Of a DNA stretch of 64,000 nt, positions 19,904-30,602 are shown one piece after another (within the stretch, counting starts at the first letter, position 1; every line of letters begins with the position of its first letter). The stretch is taken from NCBI GenBank assembly GCA_041601615.1, contig JBFIHX010000006.1, positions 1-64,000 of the forward strand, given 5' to 3'. The stretch comes from Thermoplasmatota archaeon (GTDB lineage: Archaea > Thermoplasmatota > E2 > JACPAO01 > JAHFTW01). The translations under genes and the position numbers were made by a program. The notes below the pieces were generated by a model, which made no database searches, was not told the origin of the DNA, and was given only the letters and a program-made list of their open reading frames with translations.

Positions 19904-20836
19904 TCAAGTCCCTAGGAACGCCGCAACCGTACGCCGAAGCCCCTCGTCGAACGTAACTTGAGGCGTCCAGCCAAGCACGTCACGGGCACGACGAATGTCT
20001 GCCTGGCTGTGCTTGACGTCTCCTGCCCGCGTGGGCCCGTGTTCGATGGCGACCGTTGCTCCGGTTTCAGCAAGTACACCCTTGGCCACATCGAGAATCG
20101 TGGTGCGACCCCCGGCCCCAATGTTGCACGTCACTGCCCCCTGAACGTCGGCAGGGGAAGCACTCGCGGCGGCTAGATTGGCACGTGCAACATCCTCGAC
20201 GAACGTAAAATCGCGACTTTGTAGGCCGTCTCCGTCGATGCGAATGGATCGACCCTGAGTGGCAGCAGCTAGGAACGCGGGAATCACCGCGGGGTAGCCG
20301 CCGCTTGCGGGTTGTCCGGGCCCGTAGACGTTGAAGTATCGCAAGCAAACGCCCGTGATGCCAAAGCTGTGCGCGTGACCGTGGATCAGGTGCTCGCCGG
20401 CCAATTTGCTTGCCGCGTAGGGACTTCGAGGCAGATTCGGCATCGACTCGACCTTAGGAAGCACCTCCGTGTCGCCGTAGGCACTGCTGCTGGCGGCATA
20501 CACGATTCGAGGCACGTCGAGGCGCCGCATCGCTTCGAGAACCGACAAGGTTCCATGGGCATTGACGCGAAAGCTTCGCACGGGGTCCGCCACGCTGCGC
20601 CCGACGCTCGGAAGCGCCGCCTCGTGAAACACCACGTCGGCTCCGGCCATCGCCGCATCGAGCACCGCGTCGTCCAGCACACTTCCTTCCACGAGCGTGG
20701 CTCCTTCCGGCACGCGGTTCGCATCGCCGGTGCTCAAATCGTCCACCACGACCACATCCCAGCCCTTGCCCAGTAGATGCCGTGTCAGGTGGCTGCCAAT
20801 GAAACCCGCGCCACCTGTGACCACCGCCCGCGTCAT
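19904..20836 (-). CDS. NAD-dependent nucleotide-sugar epimerase/dehydratase
   Basis: VTGGAGFIGSH, SPYAASK, LRYFNVYGP, GDVKHS. Confidence 0.93.
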   Translation of the reverse strand: MTRAVVTGGAGFIGSHLTRHLLGKGWDVVVVDDLSTGDANRVPEGATLVEGSVLDDAVLDAAMAGADVVFHEAALPSVGRSVADPVRSFRVNAHGTLSVLEAMRRLDVPRIVYAASSSAYGDTEVLPKVESMPNLPRSPYAASKLAGEHLIHGHAHSFGITGVCLRYFNVYGPGQPASGGYPAVIPAFLAAATQGRSIRIDGDGLQSRDFTFVEDVARANLAAASASPADVQGAVTCNIGAGGRTTILDVAKGVLAETGATVAIEHGPTRAGDVKHSQADIRRARDVLGWTPQVTFDEGLRRTVAAFLGT

Positions 20837-20924
20837 GCGCTTTGGACCCCGCCCCGCTTCTTGACCGGTTCCCCTGGCACATCACGACAAACCTATCCCC
20901 GCCCGCCAACTCGACCCAACCGGA

Positions 20925-22817
20925 ATGTGTGGCATTGCGGGCGTGTGGCGAACGGGCCGGGAGCAAGCGACGCCCGGCATGCTGGAGCGACTGCACCACC
21001 GAGGCCCCGACGCCCATGGCACCTGGACAGAGTCCGGCGCTCCCTGGCTTGGCCATACGCGACTGAGCATCCTGGACCTCTCGGATGCCGGCGCGCAACC
21101 GATGATGAGCCCCTCCGGTCGCTATGTGCTGACGTTCAATGGGGAAATCTACGACCACCTGCGCCACCGAGCCGCCCTGCCAGTGCAATGGCGCGGCCAC
21201 GCGGACACCGAAACCAGCGCGGCCCTTTGCGACGCACACGGCGCCGAGGAAGCCATCCGCCTCCTGTCCGGAATGATGGCCATCGCCATTTGGGACCGCG
21301 ATGAACGAGTCCTGTGGCTTGCCCGCGACCGGTTCGGCAAAAAACCCCTGCTGTGGAGCCGACTCCCCGATGGCATCGCCTTTGCCAGCGAACTATCCGC
21401 CCTACGCACCGTCCCCGGCATCGGCACGGATCTCGACGCCACAGGCCTGCGCGCCATGCTCGAACGAATGGCCGTCCCCGACGACCGCAGCATCCTCCAA
21501 GGCACCCACAAAGTCCCCCCCGGCGCACTCCTTCGATTCGATGCCCCCGACGCCGAGCCGGTTGCGACCGTGCTGCACGATCTGCACGCCGATGCATTGC
21601 AAGCACGAGCCCAAGGCGCTTCGAAATCCTTGGCCGGACACGCCCCGAATCTGGACCAACTCGAAAATGCTCTTCGCAGCGCCGTCGCCGACCGCCAATT
21701 GAGCGACGTGCCCCTCGGCGCCTTCCTTTCCGGTGGCATCGACAGCAGCCTCGTCGTCGCCCTCATGACCGAAGTGGCAAGCGACGTGCGCACCTTCACC
21801 ATCGGCTTCGAGGAAGCAGCCCACGACGAAGCGCCACACGCCCGCGCCGTAGCCGAACACCTCGGCACCGACCACACAGAACGCATCCTCGGGCCCGAAG
21901 ACGCCCTCGCAGCAGTGCATGAACTTGCTCGCGTCTACGACGAGCCCTTTGCCGACAGCAGCCAACTACCCACCCTACTCTTGTGCCGCGAAGCACGCCA
22001 ACACGTCACCGTGGCACTTAGCGGCGACGGAGGCGACGAACTGTTTGGCGGCTACGCACGCTACCAACACGCAGCCAAACTCGCACGCCTGCGACGAAGC
22101 CTCCCCGGGCCACTTGGTCGCATCGCCGCCGGAGCCCTCGACGCAATTCCGCCCGCACTCTGGAACCGCCTGCCCGGCCCAGCCAACAGCCACCGCGCAG
22201 CCCGGCTCGCCGAAATCCTGCGCACCAAAGGCAACAGCGACCTCTACGACCGACTCGTCACGAGCTGGCCCAACGCCGCAAGCACCCTCGTGGATCCCGG
22301 CGAACCTTCTCCCGTGGCACTCCCCGCCGCACCCGACTCTCTGTTGGCACGCATGATGCTTGCCGACACGCGCCACTACCTTCGAGATGACATTCTCGTC
22401 AAAGTCGACCGCGCCGCCATGAGCACCAGCCTCGAAGTGCGCTGCCCACTCCTCGACCCCAAGGTGTTCGAAGCCGCGTGGCGCCTGCCTGACGCCGCCA
22501 AGATGCAGCGCGGCGTGGGTAAATTGCCCCTGCGCAGCCTCCTGAAGACCCGGGTCCCCGAGCGCTTGTGGGACCGCCCCAAACAGGGATTCGGCATGCC
22601 GGTCGCCTCATGGCTTCGAGGCTCGCTGCAATCCTGGGCCGACGAATTGCTGGACGCCCAACGACTGACCCGGCAAGGACTCCTGCGCCCCGAACCGGTG
22701 CGCCGCATGTGGGACGCGCACCAAGCCGGACGGCGCGACCACCACGCCGAATTGTGGAACTTGCTGATGTTCCAGACATGGTGGGATCAATGGAAGGGTG
22801 AAGATGGAAGCGGCTGA
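20925..22817 (+). CDS. asnB: Asparagine-synthase-like glutamine amidotransferase (glycan-associated)
   Basis: MCGIAG, HRGPD, FNGEIY, LSGGIDSS, LSGDGGDELFGGY. Confidence 0.93.
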   Translation: MCGIAGVWRTGREQATPGMLERLHHRGPDAHGTWTESGAPWLGHTRLSILDLSDAGAQPMMSPSGRYVLTFNGEIYDHLRHRAALPVQWRGHADTETSAALCDAHGAEEAIRLLSGMMAIAIWDRDERVLWLARDRFGKKPLLWSRLPDGIAFASELSALRTVPGIGTDLDATGLRAMLERMAVPDDRSILQGTHKVPPGALLRFDAPDAEPVATVLHDLHADALQARAQGASKSLAGHAPNLDQLENALRSAVADRQLSDVPLGAFLSGGIDSSLVVALMTEVASDVRTFTIGFEEAAHDEAPHARAVAEHLGTDHTERILGPEDALAAVHELARVYDEPFADSSQLPTLLLCREARQHVTVALSGDGGDELFGGYARYQHAAKLARLRRSLPGPLGRIAAGALDAIPPALWNRLPGPANSHRAARLAEILRTKGNSDLYDRLVTSWPNAASTLVDPGEPSPVALPAAPDSLLARMMLADTRHYLRDDILVKVDRAAMSTSLEVRCPLLDPKVFEAAWRLPDAAKMQRGVGKLPLRSLLKTRVPERLWDRPKQGFGMPVASWLRGSLQSWADELLDAQRLTRQGLLRPEPVRRMWDAHQAGRRDHHAELWNLLMFQTWWDQWKGEDGSG

Positions 22818-22915
22818 GCGTTGCACGCGTGGTGTTGCGTGGCAGCTTGCCCTCCATGCTTGCCCAATCAAATCCCTACCAACGCAGACATAAGCGCCCG
22901 CAATGTCCAAGCAGC

Positions 22916-23773
22916 GTGGACAGCGCAGACTCCTCCAACGTAGACGCTGCCACTGTCGACGGTTTTGGCCAAGAGTGGGCCACGTTTCGACAAGACGCCC
23001 TCTCCGAAGAGGAGCACGAAGCGATGTTCGAGGCGTACTTTCGCATCTTTCCATGGCACGAATTGCCAAAGGGCGCCACCGGCTTTGATGCCGGATGCGG
23101 CAGCGGTCGCTGGGCAGTGAAAGTCGCTCCCCGCGTTGGCAAGTTGCACCTCGTGGATGCAAGCAGCGAAGCACTATCGGTGGCGCGGCACAACCTCACG
23201 GGGCACGCAAACGTAGAGTTCATCCAGTCCACCGTGGACGACATGCCGTTTGCTCCCGGCAGCATGGATTTCGGGTATTCCCTCGGAGTCCTGCATCACA
23301 TCCCCGACACCCAGGCCGCTCTCAACGCATGCGTGTCCAAGCTTCGACCGGGCGCGCCGTTTCTGCTGTACCTGTACTACGCCTTCGACGACCGCCCAAA
23401 GTGGTTCAAGGCACTGTGGCGATCAAGCGACCTAACACGTCGCGCAATCTCTCGGCTACCACACACCGCAAAACTGGCCGTGACCACGCCGATTGCCGCC
23501 TTGCTGTATTGGCCCCTCGCGCGCGGCGCCCGATTGGCAGAGAAACTAGGCCATCTTCCAAAGCACTGGCCGCTGCAATACTACCGCGGCCGCTCCTTCT
23601 ACACCATGCGCACCGACGCGCTCGACCGCTTCGGCACCCGCCTCGAACAACGCTTCACGCGCCCCGAGATGGAACAGATGATGCGCGAAGCCGGCTTGGA
23701 ATCCATCGAATTTGGCGAGCATGAACCCTACTGGGTCGCCGTCGGACGCCGAGCAAAAAACAACGCCGCGTAA
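22916..23773 (+). CDS. Class I SAM-dependent methyltransferase (start uncertain, 22829-22916)
   Basis: FDAGCGSGRW, SLGVLHHIPD, KLRPGA. Confidence 0.9.
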   Translation: MDSADSSNVDAATVDGFGQEWATFRQDALSEEEHEAMFEAYFRIFPWHELPKGATGFDAGCGSGRWAVKVAPRVGKLHLVDASSEALSVARHNLTGHANVEFIQSTVDDMPFAPGSMDFGYSLGVLHHIPDTQAALNACVSKLRPGAPFLLYLYYAFDDRPKWFKALWRSSDLTRRAISRLPHTAKLAVTTPIAALLYWPLARGARLAEKLGHLPKHWPLQYYRGRSFYTMRTDALDRFGTRLEQRFTRPEMEQMMREAGLESIEFGEHEPYWVAVGRRAKNNAA

Positions 23774-23874
23774 CAAATGGCCCGGGCGCCCATGCGGATT
23801 GCCACCCTGTCAAAGCCCACAGCGAGGCCGCGATCATCCCGAGCCCTCTTTCATCCCGAACCGTTCGTCGCCTC

Positions 23875-26226
23875 GTGGAGGGGGCGGCTGAGAGCCAACA
23901 ACCAGAGCCGCAACACGCCGCAATCAAACGGCCCCGCGCAATGCTCGGCATTCCAGTTCGCTACGTTTTCCTCGTTGCCGGCTTGCTCCTGTTCGCGGCA
24001 ACCCCCTTGCTTGGCGCCACAATCGGCGCTTTGGGCCTCCTGGTTCTCGCAGCACACATAGCCGCCAGCGCCCCCGCAACCGTTCGCGTGGCTGTTTGGA
24101 CTGGATGGGCCTTGCGAAGCGCCGTAGCCATCGCCGGTATCACAATCGTCGCGCTGCCCGACTCCTCCATTGACGCATTGTTCTTCCACGACGCTGCCGC
24201 CGCGATGAGCACGACGCCCCTGCACACATGGCTACAAGGCCCCAGCGCCGGCACCAATCCCTACCCATGGCTCCTGTCCGCGCTCTACCGTTGGACCGGC
24301 GCTTCCTTGTTCGCGGGCATCGCATCCAATGTGCTTCTGGGCACAGTCGTGGTTCGTGGCATCGCCGCCATCGCCGACACGCTCTGGGCCGGTCGCTCCG
24401 CCACCCTCGCAGCATGGGCCGCCGCACTGTTTCCCACCTTCATTCTCTACTCCAGCGTCCTGCTGCGAGAAATGATGATTCTGGCATTGATCGTCAGCAT
24501 CGCCTGGGGTGCATTGCGCTTCTGGGGCACCGGATACCGATTCTCCGTCGCAGCCCTCGCCGCATGGGGCTTTGCAGCCGTGCTGCTTCCCGAAATCCAA
24601 GTGGGATACCGGTTCATCGTACCCGCCCTTCTCATGGCGATCATCATAAGCCGAACCCCTCTTGGCCAAGGCCGAAGAGGCTCTTGGACCGTGGTGGCCA
24701 TCGCCATCGGCTGGCTTGCGTACCGATTCGCATTCACCTACGGCTTTTTTGATTCTGCCCCGTTCCAACTTCCCGACCTCGCCGGTGTCCAAGACTTCTC
24801 CAACATAGAAGACGCCCAGGACCAACGCCTGCAAGGACGCACCGCCTACCCCGATTGGCTGACCATCCGCGGCCCCGCGAGCGCCGCTCTGTTGCTGGTG
24901 CCTCGCATGTTTGCATTCATGTTTTTGCCCCTGCCCTGGCAGGTCAGCGCTCCCGTAGATCTCGTAGGAGTCTTCGATGCACTTCTGTACATGGGACTCA
25001 CCGTACTGGCTCTGTTGTCGCTTCGCGCCATGAACCGCCCCCGCGTCGCCTTCATCGTGGTGTTTGCTGCACTCACCATTCTCATCTATTCCATGGGGGT
25101 CAGCAACGTCGGCACCGCCGTGCGCCACCGCGCCAAGGCCGCCGTGCTCCTCATCGTGCTCGCCTCCGGACCCATGGCAAATCCCGCCCAACGAGTGGTG
25201 TTCTGGATCAGCGGCCTAGGAAATGGCGGCGCCGAGCGGCAACTCGTAGAGGTCGCAACCAGGCTGCACCACCGCGGACGAAACGTGTTCGTCGCAGCCA
25301 GCCGCGGGGGGGCTCGCGCCTCTACCCTCCTTGCCTCCGGAGTGCCTGCGTTTGTCCCAAGCGCTCGCCAAGGCCGCCTTCGATCACTTCTACAGTGCAT
25401 GCGAGCCGCCGCCGGCAGCGCCACAGTCGTGACCTTCCTGTACGGACCCAATTTGCTCGGGCGTCTGATGCGACCCCTCACTGGCAATCGGCTCGTGACC
25501 AGTCTTCGCGCCATTCGATTCGGCTCCACGTCCAGACATCGATGGCTTCGCGCCACGAGCCTCGCCGACGACGCATGGACCTCCAACTCAGAAGCGGCAC
25601 GCGTGGAACAAGAACGAGACGGCATCGTTCGTGTCGGTCGCGGCATCGTCATACGCAACGGCGTCGACATGTCGAGCACCGTTCAGCCCTTCGCAGCCGG
25701 TCCATTCACATGGATTTCCGTGGGCCGCCTGCGCCCCGAAAAAGACCATGCCACCCTCCTTCGCGCATGGGCCCTCGCAACGCGCCCCGAACACAGCCGC
25801 TTGCGCATCGTTGGCGACGGCCCCCAACAAGCCGAACTCGAAGCACTCGCAAAGCGCCTCGGCATTACGGGCAGCGTCGCTTTTGTCGGCGCCATCCACC
25901 ACATGGACGCCGAATACCACGCCGCCCACGCGCTCGTCTTATCCTCCACCACCGAAGGAAGCCCCAATTGCGTCCTGGAAGCCATGGCACAAGGCCGGCC
26001 CGTGGTGGCCACCAACGTGGGAGGCACGCCCGAAACCCTCGGCCCCGGAGCAGGAATACTCGTGCCGCCAACAGACCCCCAAGCGCTCGCCGACGCCATG
26101 ACCCGCCTCATGCAGATGCCTGCAGAAACAAGAAGCGCCATGGGAGAGGCTGGCCGCAACCATGTCCAAGCCCACCACGAATGGGAACGTGTCGTGGATC
26201 AATGGGAGGCTCTGCTGTGGCCATGA
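23875..26226 (+). CDS. Multi-TM (Wzy/GT-C-like) domain fused to GT4 glycosyltransferase
   Basis: aa 1-~430 polytopic, ending SNVGTAVRHR; aa ~434-783 ISGLGNGGAERQL...EGSPNCVLEAMA. Confidence 0.8.
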   Translation: MEGAAESQQPEPQHAAIKRPRAMLGIPVRYVFLVAGLLLFAATPLLGATIGALGLLVLAAHIAASAPATVRVAVWTGWALRSAVAIAGITIVALPDSSIDALFFHDAAAAMSTTPLHTWLQGPSAGTNPYPWLLSALYRWTGASLFAGIASNVLLGTVVVRGIAAIADTLWAGRSATLAAWAAALFPTFILYSSVLLREMMILALIVSIAWGALRFWGTGYRFSVAALAAWGFAAVLLPEIQVGYRFIVPALLMAIIISRTPLGQGRRGSWTVVAIAIGWLAYRFAFTYGFFDSAPFQLPDLAGVQDFSNIEDAQDQRLQGRTAYPDWLTIRGPASAALLLVPRMFAFMFLPLPWQVSAPVDLVGVFDALLYMGLTVLALLSLRAMNRPRVAFIVVFAALTILIYSMGVSNVGTAVRHRAKAAVLLIVLASGPMANPAQRVVFWISGLGNGGAERQLVEVATRLHHRGRNVFVAASRGGARASTLLASGVPAFVPSARQGRLRSLLQCMRAAAGSATVVTFLYGPNLLGRLMRPLTGNRLVTSLRAIRFGSTSRHRWLRATSLADDAWTSNSEAARVEQERDGIVRVGRGIVIRNGVDMSSTVQPFAAGPFTWISVGRLRPEKDHATLLRAWALATRPEHSRLRIVGDGPQQAELEALAKRLGITGSVAFVGAIHHMDAEYHAAHALVLSSTTEGSPNCVLEAMAQGRPVVATNVGGTPETLGPGAGILVPPTDPQALADAMTRLMQMPAETRSAMGEAGRNHVQAHHEWERVVDQWEALLWP

Positions 26227-27329
26227 AACTCGCCTTGGTGCTCAACGACGCAAGACCATTGCTCCAGCTGCGAGCGGCACTCGTGCAAGCCGCCCGCGAC
26301 GACGGCTGGGACGTGGTCATCATCGCCCCTCCGCACCCAGACGTGGACCCGGCACTTCATGCACCCTGGCACCTCAGCCGACGCGGCACGAATCCATTCT
26401 CCGAGCGCCGCTCCCTTCGAGAACTCGAACGAATCCTCCAGGACGCCCAACCAGACGTGGTACACGCATTCACACTCAAAGCGGTCGTCTACGCCAGCCT
26501 CGCAGCAAAACACCTCCAATTGCCCGTCGCGGCAACCGTCACCGGCCTCGGGCAAGCGTTTCTTGGCCAAGGAATTCGCAATCGAATCCTACGCGCCGTC
26601 GTCCAACGCAGCCTTCGACGGGCCCTCCGCTACCAGCGCGCCCAAGCAGTCTTCCAAAACGGCGACGACCGGCAGGTGTTCCTAGACGCCCACCTCGTCG
26701 CCCCCGAACGCACACGGATTGTGCCTGGAAGCGGCATCGACACCACCCGGTTTGCCCCAACACCCCTTCCTCCGGCGCCCGTCGTGGTGCTCCCAACACG
26801 AATGCTCACCACCAAAGGCGTGCCCGAATTTGTCGAAGCAGCACGCATCCTTCGCAATCGCGGAATCAATGCCCAATGGAGGCTCGTGGGAGCGCCCGAC
26901 CCCGACAACGCCGCAAGCATCGACGAAGCGACCCTGCGCGCCTGGAACGACGAAGGAATCGTGTCCTGGACCGGGCCAAGCACCGACATGCCCGCCGTCT
27001 ACGCCGCTGCCCGCATCGTGTGCCTACCCAGCCACGGCGAAGGAGTCCCCAATGTGTTGCTGGAGGGTGCCGCCTGCGGTCGACCGCTCGTTGCGACCAA
27101 TGTGGCAGGCTGCCGGGACGTGGTCCGAGACGGCGTGACAGGCTTGCTTGTACCCGTGCGCGACCCCGAAGCCTTGGCCAATGCCCTCCAGCGAATCCTC
27201 GGCGACGACAAACTCGCGCACCGCCTCGGTGATGCCGGCCGCGCGCTCGTGTGCCAAGACTACGAAGTGGGACGCATCAACAAGCAATACCTAGCGCTCT
27301 ACAGAGAACTAGCACCCACCACAAAGTAG
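26223..27329 (+). CDS. GT4 glycosyltransferase (CapM-like)
   Basis: FQNGDD, VPGSGID, KGVPEFVEAA, EGVPNVLLEGAACGRP; ATG 26223. Confidence 0.92.
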   Translation: MKLALVLNDARPLLQLRAALVQAARDDGWDVVIIAPPHPDVDPALHAPWHLSRRGTNPFSERRSLRELERILQDAQPDVVHAFTLKAVVYASLAAKHLQLPVAATVTGLGQAFLGQGIRNRILRAVVQRSLRRALRYQRAQAVFQNGDDRQVFLDAHLVAPERTRIVPGSGIDTTRFAPTPLPPAPVVVLPTRMLTTKGVPEFVEAARILRNRGINAQWRLVGAPDPDNAASIDEATLRAWNDEGIVSWTGPSTDMPAVYAAARIVCLPSHGEGVPNVLLEGAACGRPLVATNVAGCRDVVRDGVTGLLVPVRDPEALANALQRILGDDKLAHRLGDAGRALVCQDYEVGRINKQYLALYRELAPTTK

Positions 27330-28303
27330 GCCACGACCACGGCGGCAACATACACCGCCATACCACTCCACATCAACAGAACCACCTTGGGCTCCGTGTG
27401 CGTACCGCTGCGCATCGCCACATGCGTCAAGCTGTGGATCGGACCCTCGTAGTGCATCGTGCCATTGTGAACTTCCTTGGCAAAACTCTGCGTCCCGAAC
27501 CGCCCACGCGCCTTGAGAAAGAATTCCAAAACATGCGGCAAAAACAGCAGCGCAGCCCAGAATTCAATCTTGGAGAGCATACTTGCCGCCGCCAGCACGG
27601 CACCCACGAGCAACGTGAACGTGTCGCCCGGAAACACCTTGGCAGGATACATGTTGTAGGTCAGAAATGCCACGATCGCACCCAACAAGGGCACCAGGAT
27701 TACGAGTCCCAGCAAGTTGCCCGAAGCATACGCGATGACCGCCATGCCGGCGCCAATGATGAGCCCCATTCCGGCTCCAAGGCCATTGAACCCTTCGAGC
27801 ATGTTGAAACCATTGCTCGCCGCAGCGACTGCCAAGGGCACAAGCACCAGTGCATACAGGGGACCAAAATCAAACGCAAGGCCCGGAAACTGAATGATCG
27901 AATCCTCCGCGTACAGCACAAGCGGAATGCTGAACGCGATGGGAATGAACGCCTTGAATTGCTGACGCAGAGCAACCAAATCGTCAAGAATGCCCGTAAT
28001 CGCGGCGCCCGCAGCCACCATGAGCGACACCAACACCAACGACTCCTCCGCTCGGTTCAAGTCGCCAAGCGCCAGCATCACGAACACGGCGGCATTGAAC
28101 GCAAGAAACACCACAAGCCCACCCATTTCCGGCACCGCCGGGCGACCAGGCTTGTTCACATCATGCCCCACGATGCCAGCGCCAAGCAATTTTCGAATCG
28201 CCATCGGCATGACCACATACACCGATGCAGCCGCCACGACAAACCCCACCACGAGCGCCTTGCGCAACCCGAACAGGGTATCCAGGGTGTCGATCAGCGC
28301 CAC
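27299..28303 (-). CDS. Polyprenyl-phosphate GlcNAc-1-phosphate transferase (MraY/GPT/AglH-like)
   Basis: GHDVNKPGRPAVPEMGG, GILDDL, NGFNMLEGFNGL, YPAKVFPGDT; TTATA ~25 bp upstream of GTG 28303. Confidence 0.9.
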   Translation of the reverse strand: MALIDTLDTLFGLRKALVVGFVVAAASVYVVMPMAIRKLLGAGIVGHDVNKPGRPAVPEMGGLVVFLAFNAAVFVMLALGDLNRAEESLVLVSLMVAAGAAITGILDDLVALRQQFKAFIPIAFSIPLVLYAEDSIIQFPGLAFDFGPLYALVLVPLAVAAASNGFNMLEGFNGLGAGMGLIIGAGMAVIAYASGNLLGLVILVPLLGAIVAFLTYNMYPAKVFPGDTFTLLVGAVLAAASMLSKIEFWAALLFLPHVLEFFLKARGRFGTQSFAKEVHNGTMHYEGPIHSLTHVAMRSGTHTEPKVVLLMWSGMAVYVAAVVVAYFVVGASSL

Positions 28304-28412
28304 AGAGAACCAGCCCGCAAGTCCCGTATAAGCCACGCGGGCTGCAACGACGCAAAAAAAATCCCAGTGCAGGACCGAAATGGTCAAAGCCACCAAAAAC
28401 AGAGGACGACTG

Positions 28413-29258
28413 ATGCGCTGGCTCATCCTCACTGCCCTTCTTCTGGTGCCGGCGGGTGCGGCGACCTACACCCCCGCCCTGTACTTTCTAGCTCCCTCCG
28501 AGGACCCAATCCTCGGAGCAGGGTCCCTCACCTTACTCCAACCCACCGGCAACGAAAGCGCCAACGCCGTGCTCGTGCCGCTTGGCGAAGTTCCAGGCGC
28601 CACTTTCATCGCCCTCGAAAGCCCCAACGCCACGCACATCCTCGGGCGCGTCCTCGTGGGCCTTTGGATGGATCCGGGCATCGCACAAGGCGCCGTGGAA
28701 GCGCGCCTCCTCGTCGTCGACCCCGCCGGCGCCATCACCGAAATCTCCCGATCCGCCCTACCCGTCAGCACCGATCCCAACGCCCTTCCAGAACCGACAA
28801 CCCTCCTACCACCCGACCCCACCGACCCCCAAGCTGCAGTGTACCATATGGCTGCCAAACTGCTGCCTCTACTGAACCGGCCGCCCATGCTGCTCGACTT
28901 GGGCATTCTCAACGTGGAAGTGCCTGAGGGCGCAATCGCCAGCATCGAACTGCGCCTCATCGCCGACAACACCACGGAAATGCCCGCCGCTGGCCTCGCC
29001 CGCATCGCATACGACGCCGCACTCACCCCGAGCTTCGTCTACGTCTCCTGGTGGAGCCCCAACCCCGTTGTTGCTCCCGCGCCCGGCGCAACACCCACAC
29101 AACCCGGCTCCAGCGACCCGTCCGCACCGATTGGCAAAGACCCCAACGAGCCATCGGGCCCCAGCAGCGACGCCGGAAAGGACAGTCCCGGTCTTGCCAT
29201 TCCCGTGGGCCTTCTCGCGTTGACCGCTACGGCGATGGTGCTGCGGCGACGCTCGTAG
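28413..29258 (+). CDS. Secreted surface protein with PGF-CTERM-like anchor
   Basis: Signal peptide MRWLILTALLLVPAGAA; Pro/Ser linker; SPGLAIP-TM-RRRS. Confidence 0.75.
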   Translation: MRWLILTALLLVPAGAATYTPALYFLAPSEDPILGAGSLTLLQPTGNESANAVLVPLGEVPGATFIALESPNATHILGRVLVGLWMDPGIAQGAVEARLLVVDPAGAITEISRSALPVSTDPNALPEPTTLLPPDPTDPQAAVYHMAAKLLPLLNRPPMLLDLGILNVEVPEGAIASIELRLIADNTTEMPAAGLARIAYDAALTPSFVYVSWWSPNPVVAPAPGATPTQPGSSDPSAPIGKDPNEPSGPSSDAGKDSPGLAIPVGLLALTATAMVLRRRS

Positions 29259-30600
29259 GTGCCGCAGAGGGCCTGCCGATGCCCAGGGGTCGCAATCCAG
29301 CAGCCGCAAGGTCCGCCTCGCTCCAAAGCCTGCGTGTGTCTAGGACGACCTCGCCTGTCATGCGTTCGGCAAGCCACGCAGGCTCCACGGCTCGATATTC
29401 TGTGTGATCTGTGAGCAAAACCACGGCATCGGCGCCCGCCACTGCGTCCGCCAACTCGAACGATTCGAGCCCACAGGAACGGAGCACGTCCTCGGCCGAA
29501 ACATGCGGATCATGCGGACGCACCGCCGCACCAGCAGCCACCAAGTGGCGAACCACGTCCACGGAGGGACTCTCGCGAGCGTCCCCGGTGCCGCCCTTGT
29601 AGGCAAGGCCCAGCACAGCAATCGATTTGCCAGCCAAGCCCCCGAGCGCCGCGTTCAGTCTTGCCACCACATGCATCGGCATCCCATCGTTGACGGCGCG
29701 CCCGGCGAGGATGACCTTTGCTTCGTGGCCCGCCCGCTCGGCCGCCCACGTAAGATAATACGGATCGACCGGCAGGCAGTGGCCACCCACGCCAGGACCT
29801 GGGCGGTACGGCACGAAATTCCACTTGGTCGCCGCAGCATCGATCACCTCATGCACATCGATGTGCAGCCGCTCGCAAATCAATGCTAGTTCGTTGGCAA
29901 GCGCAATATTGAGGTCCCGCTGGACGTTCTCAATCACTTTGCTTGCCTCCGCCGTGCGCAAGTCGCGAGCGATGTGAATTTGGCCACCGTTCAAAGTACC
30001 GTACAGCGCGGACGCCACTTGCGCCCAATCGGCGTCAATGGCACCCACAACACGAGCCACTTGGTCCAAGGTGTGCTCCGTGTCTCCTGGATTGTAACGC
30101 TCTGGACAATACGCAACCCCGATGTCTCGGCCGGGCTCCAAGCCGGCGGAACGCAAGGCTGCGCACACCATATCCTCCGTGCAACCCGGGTATGTCGTGG
30201 ACTCCAACACCACGAGCTGCCCCGGCCGCGCCACAGAGGCAACGGACTTGCTTGCAGATTCGACGTACGACAAATCCGGCTGCTTGTCCACCGTCACAGG
30301 TGTTGGAACAATCAGCAAAACAACGTCCACGCCGCCTGCTTCGAGGGGATCCGTGGAAGCTCGCAACCGCCCCGCGTCCCGGGCGCGACGAATGCCTGCC
30401 TCCAAGCCCAGCTCCGGCAACGGATTCTCGCCCCTCTGCACGGCGGAAACACGCCGCTCGTCCACATCGATGCCCAGCACTGAAAAACCGGTTTCCGCAA
30501 ACGCCACCGCCGTCGGCAAACCCACATACCCAAGGCCAACAATGGCAAGGGTCGCGGTGCGGTCTTGGACGCGGGCCAACAGCGCCTTGGCGTGCTCCAT
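29227..30600 (-). CDS. UDP-N-acetylhexosamine 6-dehydrogenase
   Basis: GLGYVGLP, ESTTYPG, CPERYNPG, GPGVGGHCLPVDP, DARESP. Confidence 0.93.
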   Translation of the reverse strand: MEHAKALLARVQDRTATLAIVGLGYVGLPTAVAFAETGFSVLGIDVDERRVSAVQRGENPLPELGLEAGIRRARDAGRLRASTDPLEAGGVDVVLLIVPTPVTVDKQPDLSYVESASKSVASVARPGQLVVLESTTYPGCTEDMVCAALRSAGLEPGRDIGVAYCPERYNPGDTEHTLDQVARVVGAIDADWAQVASALYGTLNGGQIHIARDLRTAEASKVIENVQRDLNIALANELALICERLHIDVHEVIDAAATKWNFVPYRPGPGVGGHCLPVDPYYLTWAAERAGHEAKVILAGRAVNDGMPMHVVARLNAALGGLAGKSIAVLGLAYKGGTGDARESPSVDVVRHLVAAGAAVRPHDPHVSAEDVLRSCGLESFELADAVAGADAVVLLTDHTEYRAVEPAWLAERMTGEVVLDTRRLWSEADLAAAGLRPLGIGRPSAAPTSVAAAPSP

Positions 30601-30602
30601 GC

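Noticed and set aside
24855-26222. N-terminal extension of ORF 24855..27329; likewise 29943..31334, 38430..38903 and 58990..59388
   Set aside because: Low-complexity alternative-frame overlaps with well-supported genes
27251-28927. 558-aa plus-strand ORF; likewise 55223..56845 on the minus strand
   Set aside because: Shadow ORFs opposite or overlapping the GPT gene and the repeat-protein gene
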